This document shows positions 30,919 through 39,560 of a DNA stretch of 49,352 nucleotides, piece by piece. The position numbers and the translations under genes were made by a program. Numbering within the stretch: the first letter of the stretch is position 1; each line of letters begins with the position of its first letter. Where the stretch lies: positions 1 through 49,352 of the forward strand of contig JBFIML010000032.1 of the NCBI GenBank assembly GCA_041611735.1. The letters are read 5' to 3'. This DNA is from Myxococcota bacterium (GTDB taxonomy: Bacteria; Myxococcota_A; UBA9160; PR03). Under the pieces are notes generated by a model. That model was not told where the DNA came from. It ran no database searches and saw nothing but the letters and a program-made list of their open reading frames with translations.

Positions 30919-31122
30919 ATGACCAGGAATCTGCTCTCCGCCCTGACCCTGGCCTTCCTGCTCGCGCTCTCCCCGGGCCTCGGTTTCGCCTCGGATTCGG
31001 ACTCGGATTCCGATTCGGAGTCCGACCGGCCCGGTGCGGCCGTCCCCGAGCCGTCCGCAGCGCTGGCCTTCGGCGCGGGCGCGCTCGCCATCGGCTGGGC
31101 CCTGCGCCGCCGCTCGCGCTGA
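30919..31122 (+). CDS. Minimal 67-aa PEP-CTERM protein: signal peptide + Ser-Asp repeat + VPEP sorting signal
   Basis: AGAGGA RBS, ATG 30919. MTRNLLSALTLAFLLALSPGLGFA|SDSDSDSDSESDRPGAAV-PEP-SAALAFGAGALAIGWAL-RRRSR has the PEP motif, TM helix and Arg cluster. Confidence 0.88.
   Translation: MTRNLLSALTLAFLLALSPGLGFASDSDSDSDSESDRPGAAVPEPSAALAFGAGALAIGWALRRRSR
30991..31026 (+). repeat. Hexamer repeat (TCS-GAN)x6 encoding SDSDSDSDSESD
   Basis: tcggat tcggac tcggat tccgat tcggag tccgac; the variation is confined to third codon positions. Confidence 0.9.
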
Positions 31123-31140
31123 GAGGAGCGGGCAGCCCGG

Positions 31141-31160
31141 GCCCGGTGAGCAATCCGGGC
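31141..31160. terminator. Possible hairpin terminator between convergent genes
   Basis: GCCCGG-tgagcaat-CCGGGC stem-loop; no U-tract. Confidence 0.3.
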
Positions 31161-31765
31161 TAACGGGGCGCCACCTCCACCAGCGGGAATTCCCAGCGGG
31201 TCTCGTCCGCCTCCAGCACCAGGCGCAGGCGACGTCGTCCCGGGATCTCGCCCAGGCGGCGGGCGGCGTCGCTGCCCCGCTCCACCCGCGAGATCGTCGC
31301 GCTCCCGCCCGCGAAGTCCACCTCCCGGGCTCCGTCCGAGCCGGCCCCGATCGGCTCGACGCGCAGGCGGCCGCGCTCCACGCGGAAGCTGAACCCGCCG
31401 CTGCGCCGCAGGGCGGCATCGAAATCGCGCCGTGCCGTGTCGGGACGCGAGGGCCCCGGGAAGCTGATCTCCAGGGTCCCCACCAGGTTCGGCTCCTCGC
31501 TGCCCAGGTCCGAGAAGCAGCGCGTCGCCTGCTCGGCCTCGAGGTCGAAGAAGAGGATCCGGTTCGAGGGACGGGCGGCCGATGGGGGCCCCGGTGCGAT
31601 GCGCACGCGACGCAGGCCGCGATGCGGGCGCCCTTCGAACTCGCACAGGAGCGGCGCCCGGTAGTCGCCCCGCACCCACTGCAGAGCGAGGCGAGCCAGG
31701 TCGGGCTCCCCGGCCCGGGCCGGCAGCGCCACGGCGATCAGCAGCAGGACCCCGGGCAGCCGCAT
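31160..31765 (-). CDS. Hypothetical exported protein (201 aa)
   Basis: MRLPGVLLLIAVALPARA signal peptide, a beta-rich body and two Cys. TGgTAGGCT lies 7 nt before the ATG. Confidence 0.7.
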   Translation of the reverse strand: MRLPGVLLLIAVALPARAGEPDLARLALQWVRGDYRAPLLCEFEGRPHRGLRRVRIAPGPPSAARPSNRILFFDLEAEQATRCFSDLGSEEPNLVGTLEISFPGPSRPDTARRDFDAALRRSGGFSFRVERGRLRVEPIGAGSDGAREVDFAGGSATISRVERGSDAARRLGEIPGRRRLRLVLEADETRWEFPLVEVAPR

Positions 31766-31772
31766 GGCCGGG

Positions 31773-31833
31773 AGCCTACCACCGCCCGGGACAGCCCGGC
31801 GGCTTGACAGGGCGCGCGAACCTGGCCCAGGGT
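31773..31833. promoter_or_regulatory. Divergent sigma70-like promoters, probably both leaderless
   Basis: Plus strand: TTGACA (31804-31809)-N18-CAGGGT, 6 nt before GTG 31840. Minus strand: extended -10 TGG-TAGGCT (hexamer 31773-31778), 7 nt before ATG 31765. No RBS is visible for either gene. Confidence 0.55.
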
Positions 31834-31839
31834 GGCTGC

Positions 31840-32127
31840 GTGCGCTGCTTCGCCTGCGACGCACCGGTCGAGCTGGCCGCCGGGGAGCGCGTTGGCTTCC
31901 GCGACGACTGCCCGCGCTGCGGCGCCGACCTGCACGTGTGCCGCAACTGCGCCCACCACGACCCCGGCGCCCACAACCAGTGCCGGGAGCCCGCCGCCGA
32001 GTGGGTGGCGGACCGCGAGCGCGCCAACCGCTGCGATTGGTTCGCGCCCGGCGAGGGCGGGGGCGACGGCAGCCGGGAGCACGAGCGGGCGCGCAGCGCC
32101 CTGGACGACCTCTTCCGCAAGCCCTAG
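31840..32127 (+). CDS. Small 8-Cys zinc-finger-like protein (95 aa)
   Basis: CFAC, CPRC, CRNC, NQCRE, NRCDWF and a C-terminal helix ARSALDDLFRK. Confidence 0.75.
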   Translation: MRCFACDAPVELAAGERVGFRDDCPRCGADLHVCRNCAHHDPGAHNQCREPAAEWVADRERANRCDWFAPGEGGGDGSREHERARSALDDLFRKP

Positions 32128-32170
32128 GCGTCGCGTCAAGCGGCGGCCCGCCCCGCCCGATAGGGGAGGG

Positions 32171-32851
32171 ATGCACGATCCGCGCGCCAAGGACACCTGG
32201 ATCGTCTTCAAGATCATGGGCGAGTTCGTGGAGGGCTTCGAGACCCTGCGCCCGGTCTGGCCCGCGGTCTCGGTGTTCGGCGGCTCGCGGGTGCGCAAGG
32301 GGCACCGCTACTACCGGGATGCGGTGCGCGTGGCCACGGCCCTCTCCCGGGCCGGCTTCTCGATCATCACCGGCGGCGGGCCGGGGCTCATGGAGGCGGC
32401 CAACGAGGGCGCGCGCGCGGGCAACGGGCGCTCCATCGGCCTCAACATCAAGCTCCCCAGCGAGCAGATGCCCAACGGCCACGCCGACACGATCCTCCAC
32501 TTCGACTACTTCTTCGTGCGCAAGGTCATGTTCGTGAAGTACGCCTGCGGCTTCGTGGGCCTGCCCGGCGGCTTCGGGACCCTGGACGAGATCTTCGAGG
32601 CCCTGACCCTGAAGCAGACCGGGAAGATGGACGACTTCCCGGTCATCCTGTTCGGGAGCGAGTTCTGGAGCGGGCTGCTCGATTGGATCGAGATGGTCCC
32701 GCTGCGCCTCAAGCTGATCACGCGCAAGGACCTCAGGCTCTTCCGCGTGACCGACTGCCCCGACCAGGTCGTGGAGTGGATCGATCAGTACTACCGGCAG
32801 CTCGAGCGGCAGGCCGCCCCACACGCCTCGGATGGCGGCCCGACGCCCTAG
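32171..32851 (+). CDS. LOG family nucleotide phosphoribohydrolase (TIGR00730-like)
   Basis: GGGGAGG RBS; VSVFGGSR, TGGGPGLMEAAN, FFVRKVMF, PGGFGTLDE. Confidence 0.92.
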   Translation: MHDPRAKDTWIVFKIMGEFVEGFETLRPVWPAVSVFGGSRVRKGHRYYRDAVRVATALSRAGFSIITGGGPGLMEAANEGARAGNGRSIGLNIKLPSEQMPNGHADTILHFDYFFVRKVMFVKYACGFVGLPGGFGTLDEIFEALTLKQTGKMDDFPVILFGSEFWSGLLDWIEMVPLRLKLITRKDLRLFRVTDCPDQVVEWIDQYYRQLERQAAPHASDGGPTP

Positions 32852-32859
32852 CGGATCGG

Positions 32860-34347
32860 TCATCCGACTCCCGGCTCCTGCGCCGGCGACCGCTCGCGCA
32901 TCACCCGGAGCAGGGTTCCGAACTCGTCCAATCGGATCAGGCCCACCCCGCGCAGGGCCGCCACGAAGAGCAGCAGGCCGGCCCCGTACGCCGCGACGCT
33001 GGCGCGGCCGAGACCCGGACCGGCCAGGAGCAGCGGGCTCCAAGCCAGGCTTGCCACGGCGAGACGCGCCATCAGCCCGCCGACCTGTCGGCCCAACACG
33101 GGGAAGAACCAGAGCATGACCCCCGAGAAGGCGACTCCAGCCGCCGCAGTGCTCCAGGCCAGGCCCACGGCCTCGGCCACCCAGATGCCCAGGACGGCGC
33201 CCGGAAAGAACAGGCCAGTGGATGCGGCCATCGCCACCAGGTAGACGCGGGCCAGGCCGCCGGCCACGGCCAGGACGTAGCCCGAGAACCCCACCACCCA
33301 GGCGACGCTCGCGCCGAGCATCCAGAGCGCGATCCCGTACACCTCCGCATACGCCTCGCCCAGCAGCAGATCGATCAACGCTCGGCCGGCCACGTAGAAC
33401 GACGCAATCGCGACGACCGTCACGGCCAGGGCGTAGCGAAGGAACAGGAGCATCCAGCGGCGGCTCTCGGCGCCGCGTCCGGAGCGCTCGTATCGACTCG
33501 CCATGGGAACCAGGCTCTCCAGGCCCGTCGCCGTGATGCCCAGCAGCAGGAGGAAGCCCTGGTTGGCCAGATCGAAGTATCCGATGCGCGCCGAGGCCAC
33601 CCCGAGCGCCTTGAGCAGGATCGGTCCGAACTGCTGCTGCAGGAAGAGCAGCAGGGTCGGCGCAATCATCGCGAGACCGAAGCGGATCTCCGGCCAGAAG
33701 TGGCGCACCTCCGCACGCACGAGTTCCAAACGGCCGGCACCCCGCAGGAAGCACAGGCCGAAGAGAAGCGTACCCATGGAGCTCGCGAGCAGGCCCAGCA
33801 CGGCCCCCGGCATGCCGAAGCTCGGATACAAGCTCGCCACGAAGACCAGCCGGAGCGCGCTTCGCAGCAGATAGCGTGCGAAGTACCGGCCCATGAAGTT
33901 GAGGCCGTACAGGTATGAGAAGATCAGGTGCTCGACCTGATCGACCAGCACCGTCGCGTACAGGATCCCCCACACGGGGGCGGCCGCGGTGGGCTCGCCG
34001 AGCCACGCCCAGACGGCTCCCGCCGCGAGCCCCACCAGCAGCGTGGTCGCAAGCCGCAGCGTCAGCAGGGTCGAGACGAGGCGGCTCAGCCGGCTGGGGC
34101 TTCCCTGGCCGGTGTAGGCCAGGCCGTAGCGTCCCAGCATGGGCAGCGCCCCGAACGTCAGCAGCTCGGACACGATCGTGAGGGCCGCCACCAGGAAGGC
34201 GAACTGCCCGTAGTCCGAAGGCCCGAGCAGACGCGGGACGACCAGCAGATAGAGCAGGAGGACTGGGTAGCGCGCCGTGCGCAGGGCCAGCGCGAAGGCG
34301 ACGTTCTGGGCGGTCGTCCGCCGGTCGTCGCGCGCGCGCTCGCTCAA
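32860..34347 (-). CDS. wzx: Wzx-like oligosaccharide flippase
   Basis: TTG overlaps the upstream stop. PRLLGPSDYGQF, IGYFDLA, LLLGEAY and 12 or more TM segments. Confidence 0.8.
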   Translation of the reverse strand: MSERARDDRRTTAQNVAFALALRTARYPVLLLYLLVVPRLLGPSDYGQFAFLVAALTIVSELLTFGALPMLGRYGLAYTGQGSPSRLSRLVSTLLTLRLATTLLVGLAAGAVWAWLGEPTAAAPVWGILYATVLVDQVEHLIFSYLYGLNFMGRYFARYLLRSALRLVFVASLYPSFGMPGAVLGLLASSMGTLLFGLCFLRGAGRLELVRAEVRHFWPEIRFGLAMIAPTLLLFLQQQFGPILLKALGVASARIGYFDLANQGFLLLLGITATGLESLVPMASRYERSGRGAESRRWMLLFLRYALAVTVVAIASFYVAGRALIDLLLGEAYAEVYGIALWMLGASVAWVVGFSGYVLAVAGGLARVYLVAMAASTGLFFPGAVLGIWVAEAVGLAWSTAAAGVAFSGVMLWFFPVLGRQVGGLMARLAVASLAWSPLLLAGPGLGRASVAAYGAGLLLFVAALRGVGLIRLDEFGTLLRVMRERSPAQEPGVG

Positions 34348-35246
34348 GTGACCGCCGCGCCCCGACGCAGGCGGCGCGGCGTCGCCCAGGCCATCGCGAC
34401 CAGCGCCAGCCCGAGGTAGCTGTTCAGGTCGCGTCGCGTCGCGGCGTGGCGGTGGAAGCGCTCCACGCGGACCGTGGAGACATCGGTGAAGCGGCCCTGG
34501 ACGGAGACCGTGGCCGACTCGGGCAGCTCGAGGTTCTCGGCGCCCAGGCGCTCCCGCGCGAACGTCTGGAGCGCGCCCGATGGCCCGACGTCGTGCAGGT
34601 ATTGGCAGCGATCGCACTCGAAGGCCCGGCCGGGGCGGGCCTCGCGTTCCCGCAGCGTGCGGACGAAGTGGCTGTCCGCGGCCTCGGGCGCCCCCTGCAG
34701 GGCGAGGGGAACGGCCAGATAGGCCAGGGCCAGGAGGGCGGCAAGCGCGAGGCGGGCCCGATCGAGCGGGACGCGCCCGGGCGCCGCCGGTGTCCGCCGT
34801 AGCACGACCCAGACGCCGTAGAGGAGCCCCCAGACCGAGAGGACCGGGACCACGGGGCTCTCGGGCCAGTACCAGCCCAGGTTCCAGAGCTCCCAGGAGA
34901 AGGGCGCCAGGAGGTTGACCCCGTTGGCCCACTTGGTCTCCGTGGCGTCGAGCAGCAGATGAAGCAGCACGTTCAGGGACAGGATCGTGAAGACGCGGCG
35001 GGCGTCGCGGGCCAGCAGCGCCAGGCTCCCGCACAGCAGCAGGGAGCCGAGCAGGGAGGCCTGCACGACGGCGTAGAGGCGGAGGTCGTAGAGATCCAGC
35101 GCCGGAATCGGCCGCAGCGCTCGTTGCAGGATCCACGGCAGGTCGGGAATCACGCAGCCGAGCAGCACCCAGCGGGCGTCCGAGGGGCCGAGCAGCGCGC
35201 GGGTCGCGAGACCCTGGACGCCGAGATGGGCCAGTGTGGCGGGCAC
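34344..35246 (-). CDS. Membrane-bound metal-dependent hydrolase-like protein (YdjM-like) with a C-terminal soluble domain
   Basis: PATLAHLG, IPDLPW, LHLLLDA and G.NLLAPF motifs; CDRC in the C-terminal domain. Start could be 35282. Confidence 0.65.
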   Translation of the reverse strand: MPATLAHLGVQGLATRALLGPSDARWVLLGCVIPDLPWILQRALRPIPALDLYDLRLYAVVQASLLGSLLLCGSLALLARDARRVFTILSLNVLLHLLLDATETKWANGVNLLAPFSWELWNLGWYWPESPVVPVLSVWGLLYGVWVVLRRTPAAPGRVPLDRARLALAALLALAYLAVPLALQGAPEAADSHFVRTLREREARPGRAFECDRCQYLHDVGPSGALQTFARERLGAENLELPESATVSVQGRFTDVSTVRVERFHRHAATRRDLNSYLGLALVAMAWATPRRLRRGAAVT

Positions 35247-35455
35247 CGGCCGGACGCTCGCGATCCCACGTGCCCGATGCAACAGCCCGCAACGGGCCGA
35301 ATCCCCCCGGGGTTGGCCTGGGCTTCAGGCTCACGCCCCGACCCGTCGATGCCTCCCCAGGAACACCCGGGCCGTGAGGGTGGTACCGTCGGCGGCGCAA
35401 GCCTGGCCGCCCCCACAGGGCAGGCCGAAAAGCCGGGGAGGGCTTCGAGGCAGTC

Positions 35456-36439
35456 ATGCGCGTCTTCGTCACGGGGGGGCTCGGCTTCACGGGGGCGGCG
35501 CTCACCCGCCGGTTGCTGAAGGACGGCCACTCCGTCGCCGTCCTGGACAAGAATCCCGGGCTCTACCTGGAGGCGATCCGGCGCGAGGGCGCCGACGTCG
35601 AGCTGGGAAGCGTCACCGACCCGGCCGCCGTGGCGCGCGGCTGCCAGGGGGCCGAGGTGGTGATGCACCTGGCCGCCGCCTTCCGGGAGAGCGGCGCGCC
35701 CGACGCCATCTACAAGCAGGTGAACGTCGAGGGCACGCGGATCGTGACCGAGGCAGCGCTGCGCGCGGGAGCGCGCAAGCTGGTCTACTGCAGCACCCAG
35801 GGCGTGCACGGCCACATCGAGCGCCCGCCCGGCGACGAGAGCTCCCCGATCGCTCCCGCGGACTACTACCAGCAGACCAAGTGGGAGGGCGAGCTCGAGG
35901 TGCGCGACCACGCGGGCGGGATGGAGTGGACCGTCCTGCGTCCCACGGCGATCTACGGCCCCGGGGACCCGGAGCGCTTCTTCCTGATCTTCCAGCGGGT
36001 GAACCGCGGCCGCTTCCTCATGTTCGGCAGCGGCCGGACCTTCTACCACCCGGTCTACATCGACAACCTGGTGGACGCCTTCGTGCTGGCCATGGCGCCC
36101 GGCGTGGGGGCCGGCGAGGCCTACCTGATCGGCGACGAGGAGTACCTGCCGATCCTCGAGCTGGTGCGCAAGGTCGGCCGGTCCCTGGGCAAGGACGTCC
36201 GCATCCCGCGGCTCCCCATCACCCCCCTCATCGTGGCGGGCCACGTCTTCGAGAAGGTCTGCAAGCCCTTTGGCATCAACCCGCCCATCTTCCCGCGGCG
36301 GGTGGACTGGTTCCGCCAGGTGCGGGCCTTCCGGATCGACAAGGCCCAGCGCGACCTCGGCTACGTGCCGAAGGTGGGACTCGACGAGGGTCTGCAGCGC
36401 ACCGCCGCGTGGTACCGCCGGGAGGGGTACCTGCGCTGA
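35456..36439 (+). CDS. NAD-dependent epimerase/dehydratase
   Basis: VTGGLGFTG, HLAA, VNVEGT, YQQTK (YxxxK), IYGPGD. Confidence 0.92.
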   Translation: MRVFVTGGLGFTGAALTRRLLKDGHSVAVLDKNPGLYLEAIRREGADVELGSVTDPAAVARGCQGAEVVMHLAAAFRESGAPDAIYKQVNVEGTRIVTEAALRAGARKLVYCSTQGVHGHIERPPGDESSPIAPADYYQQTKWEGELEVRDHAGGMEWTVLRPTAIYGPGDPERFFLIFQRVNRGRFLMFGSGRTFYHPVYIDNLVDAFVLAMAPGVGAGEAYLIGDEEYLPILELVRKVGRSLGKDVRIPRLPITPLIVAGHVFEKVCKPFGINPPIFPRRVDWFRQVRAFRIDKAQRDLGYVPKVGLDEGLQRTAAWYRREGYLR

Positions 36440-36458
36440 GCCCCGGAGCGGGAGTCCG

Positions 36459-37634
36459 ATGCGGATCCTGGTTCTCGCCCCCCATCCGTACTTCCAGGTG
36501 CGAGGCACGCCCATCGACCTGGACCTGGTCCTGCGCGTGCTCTCCGAGCGGCCCGACACGCAGGTGGACGTGGTGGCCTTCGCCGAGGGCGAGGACCGCC
36601 ACTACCCGAACGTGCATCTGCACCGGACCTCCGACTGGCGCCTGCTGCGCGGCGTGCGGCCCGGCTTCAGCGCGAAGAAGCTCCTGTGCGACGCGCTGCT
36701 GTTCGCCCGGGCCGCAGGGCTCCTGCGCCGCCACCGCTACGACGTGATCCATGCCGGCGAGGAGGCGGTCTTCGTGGCCCTGCTGCTCGGCCGCCGGCAC
36801 GGCATCCCTTACGTGTACGACCTGGACTCCTCCGTGGCGCAGCAGCTGGTGGAGTCGCGGCCCGTGCTGCGCGGCCTCGCGGGCCTGCTGGACCGGCTGG
36901 AGGGCGTCGCCATCCGCCGGGCGTTGCTCACGCTGCCGGTCTGCAACGCCCTGGCGGACCTGTGCCGGGCGCGCGGCGCGCGGCAGGTCGTGACCCTGCA
37001 CGACATCTCGCAGCTCGCGAACCCCGACGCCCCGCCCACGGGCCGCCTGCGCCGGGAGCTCGGCACGGAGCGGCTGCTCCTGCTCTACGCCGGGAACCTG
37101 GAGCCCTACCAGGGCATCGATCTGCTGGTGGAGGGCTTCGCCCGGGCCGCGCGGCGCAGCGATCGCGTGGACCTCGTGGTGATCGGAGGCACTCCGGAGC
37201 ACGTGCGCGCCTACCGGGAGAAGGCAGAGCGCCTCGGCATCGGCGCCCGCAGCCACTTCCTGGGCCCGCGCCCCTTGGAGGAGCTGGACCGCAACCTGGC
37301 CGAGGCGGACATCCTGGTGGCGCCGCGCATCCGCGGGCTCAACACCCCCATGAAGGTGTTCCCGTATCTGCACTCCGGGCGTCCGGTCCTGGTGACCGAC
37401 CTCCCGACCCACACCCAGATCCTGACTGCCGAGGTGGCGTGCCTGGCGAAGCCCGACCCCGAGGCCTTCGCCGACGCCATCGTGCGGCTCGCCGAGGATG
37501 CAGCGCTGCGGGCCCGCCTCGGCGCCGCGGGCCGCGCCTTCGTGGAGGCGAACCACACCTACGAGGCGCACCGCAAGCGGGTGCACGCGGCCTACGACTG
37601 GGTGGCGTCCCAGCTGGCCGGACGCCCGGCCTGA
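36459..37634 (+). CDS. Glycosyltransferase family 4
   Basis: GGAG RBS; MRILVLAPHPYFQVRGTP, YAGNLEPYQGIDLL, NTPMKVFPYLHSGRP. Confidence 0.9.
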   Translation: MRILVLAPHPYFQVRGTPIDLDLVLRVLSERPDTQVDVVAFAEGEDRHYPNVHLHRTSDWRLLRGVRPGFSAKKLLCDALLFARAAGLLRRHRYDVIHAGEEAVFVALLLGRRHGIPYVYDLDSSVAQQLVESRPVLRGLAGLLDRLEGVAIRRALLTLPVCNALADLCRARGARQVVTLHDISQLANPDAPPTGRLRRELGTERLLLLYAGNLEPYQGIDLLVEGFARAARRSDRVDLVVIGGTPEHVRAYREKAERLGIGARSHFLGPRPLEELDRNLAEADILVAPRIRGLNTPMKVFPYLHSGRPVLVTDLPTHTQILTAEVACLAKPDPEAFADAIVRLAEDAALRARLGAAGRAFVEANHTYEAHRKRVHAAYDWVASQLAGRPA

Positions 37635-38008
37635 GCGAGGCCCTCTGCTTCTCCGGCCACCGGCCCGGCCAGCCGGCCGCGAATCAGCCGATTGCAGCAG
37701 CTGCACCGGAAGGGCTCGGCCAGCTCGTCCTCCGAGGCGTTGTAATCGAAGGTGAGCTCGTCGCCGGACCGGATGGGAGAGAGCGCTCGCACTTCGTAGC
37801 CGACCACCTGGCAGTTGGGCCGGCAGTGGTGGTTCATGAAGGCCAGGGGCGCCTTCGCGTCGACGTGGACGCCGGGAGCCACCTGCACGGTCCAGCGGGT
37901 GGGCTTCGGGACGACTTCTCCTTCGACCCGGACGACCCGGTCCCCCGGCCGATAGGACCGCGTCGCAAACAGGCCCTTCATGCGGTGACCGTTCATCTTG
38001 ACGACCAC
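37592..38008 (-). CDS. Small SET-domain protein (putative lysine methyltransferase)
   Basis: GLFAT, FMNHHCRPN, ELTFDY and post-SET-like FRCSCC; GGGAGG RBS before the GTG. Confidence 0.85.
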   Translation of the reverse strand: MVVKMNGHRMKGLFATRSYRPGDRVVRVEGEVVPKPTRWTVQVAPGVHVDAKAPLAFMNHHCRPNCQVVGYEVRALSPIRSGDELTFDYNASEDELAEPFRCSCCNRLIRGRLAGPVAGEAEGLAQAGRPASWDATQS

Positions 38009-38039
38009 GCGGCCCTCCCCGGACTCGCAACCTGGTTGA

Positions 38040-38069
38040 AGAATAGACAGACAACTTCAGATACTTCAA
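38040..38069 (-). promoter_or_regulatory. Sigma70-like promoter for the SET gene
   Basis: TTGAAG-N18-TATTCT in an AT-rich patch upstream of the RBS. Confidence 0.55.
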
Positions 38070-39560
38070 TCAAAAAACGGATCCCGGGCGCCGATGGGCC
38101 GGCGCAGCTCCGAACCGGGGGGATCGCCACCCTCCGCCCAGGCGGAAGTCCGCCTCGAAGGCCTCGATCTGGGCCTGGCGCTCCGCCGGGCTCCAGCCGA
38201 GCTCGCGGGCCAGGAGATCGGCCACCGCCGCGACCAGAGCGGCACCCGGGTGGCCGGCGGTGGCCGCGCCGGTGCGGCGCAGCAGGACGTCGGCGAGGCT
38301 GCGCGCCTGCTCCTCCTCCAGCGCGAAGCGCACCGCGCCCACCGTGAGCGGATGGTCGGGGAGGAGGGCCTGGGCCGCCTCGGGCCGGGCCGCCACGTAG
38401 CGCGCCAGCACCTCGCGAGGGTCCAGCAGGGGCGGGAGGTCGTCGTCGGAGACGCGGCGCCCGCGCCCCAGGCGCCGGGCCGCCCGGGCCACGGCCCGGG
38501 AGGCCACACCCCGGGCGGTGGTCCACTTGACGCCCTCCACCCGGATGCGTCCGTCGGCCTCCTCGTGGATGCGGAAGTGGCCGGCTGGCGCGGCCCGCTG
38601 CGCATCGCGCGGCACGAGGCCCGCGTGGAGGAAGCGCACATCCGCACGGGCCAGGCGTAGGCCCGGATGTACGGGGGCGAGCCAGGCCAGGAACTCGTCC
38701 ACCCAGGCAGCCTCCACCCGGAGCGGGGCAGCGGGATCGTCCGGATACTCGCGATCCCAGGTGCCCAGGATGTGCCGGCCCCGCCAGGGGACCACGAAGA
38801 CGTTGCGCCGGTCGTGGGGGTGCGTGAGCGCCAGCGCCGTATCGGCGGGCACGAAGGGGAGGGCATCCACCACCGCGTTCATGGAGAGGATCGCCCGCTC
38901 GGCCTCGGCCGCGCCGGTGCAGGAGAGGACGCAGCCCGCGGCGACCTCGCCCTCGCCGGGGATGCGCGCCGCCACGATGCGTCCGTCGCGCCGGACGAAG
39001 CGCTCGACCTGCGTGTAGTTCCGCACGCGCACGCGCCCTTCGCCCAGGGCCACGGCGGTGTGCAGGAAGGAGAGCAGCAGCCGCTCCGTGTCCTCGATGC
39101 GCGCGTCGTACCAGTCCGGGAAGGGCGCGCGCGGCAGCTCGCTCCCGGGCGGCACGCCCCGGTTGCGCCGCCAGGAGAGCACCTCGTTCAAGGCGAGCCC
39201 GGCGCGCAGCTGGAGGCGATAGCCGAGGCTCCGCCCCCGGACCTCCACGCGGCAGCGGAGTGGGCGCACCAGGTGGGGAGCGATGGTCAGCAGCCGGCGC
39301 CGCTCGGCGATCGACTCGAAGCTGCGGGGCAGATCGAGGGCCTGGAGGTAGCGGAGCCCGCCGTGGGCGATCTTCATGCTCGAGCTGGAGGTGCCGGCGG
39401 CGAAGTCCTCGCGCTCGACCAGCAGCACCGAGAGGCCGCGCCGGGCGGCCTCGTAGGCCGCCGTGGCCCCGTAGATGCCGCCGCCGATCACCAGCAGGTC
39501 CACGGCAGCCCCACGCGGGCGCGGCTCGACCCTCGGCTCCGCGGCCCGTGCGTCGGTCAC
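38070..39560 (-). CDS. FAD-dependent oxidoreductase, glycerol-3-phosphate dehydrogenase (GlpD)-like
   Basis: GTG overlaps the upstream TGA. VIGGGIYG, DFAAGTSSSSMKIAHGGLRYL, APHLVRPL, GVKWTTAR, LADVLLRRTG. Confidence 0.85.
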   Translation of the reverse strand: MTDARAAEPRVEPRPRGAAVDLLVIGGGIYGATAAYEAARRGLSVLLVEREDFAAGTSSSSMKIAHGGLRYLQALDLPRSFESIAERRRLLTIAPHLVRPLRCRVEVRGRSLGYRLQLRAGLALNEVLSWRRNRGVPPGSELPRAPFPDWYDARIEDTERLLLSFLHTAVALGEGRVRVRNYTQVERFVRRDGRIVAARIPGEGEVAAGCVLSCTGAAEAERAILSMNAVVDALPFVPADTALALTHPHDRRNVFVVPWRGRHILGTWDREYPDDPAAPLRVEAAWVDEFLAWLAPVHPGLRLARADVRFLHAGLVPRDAQRAAPAGHFRIHEEADGRIRVEGVKWTTARGVASRAVARAARRLGRGRRVSDDDLPPLLDPREVLARYVAARPEAAQALLPDHPLTVGAVRFALEEEQARSLADVLLRRTGAATAGHPGAALVAAVADLLARELGWSPAERQAQIEAFEADFRLGGGWRSPRFGAAPAHRRPGSVF

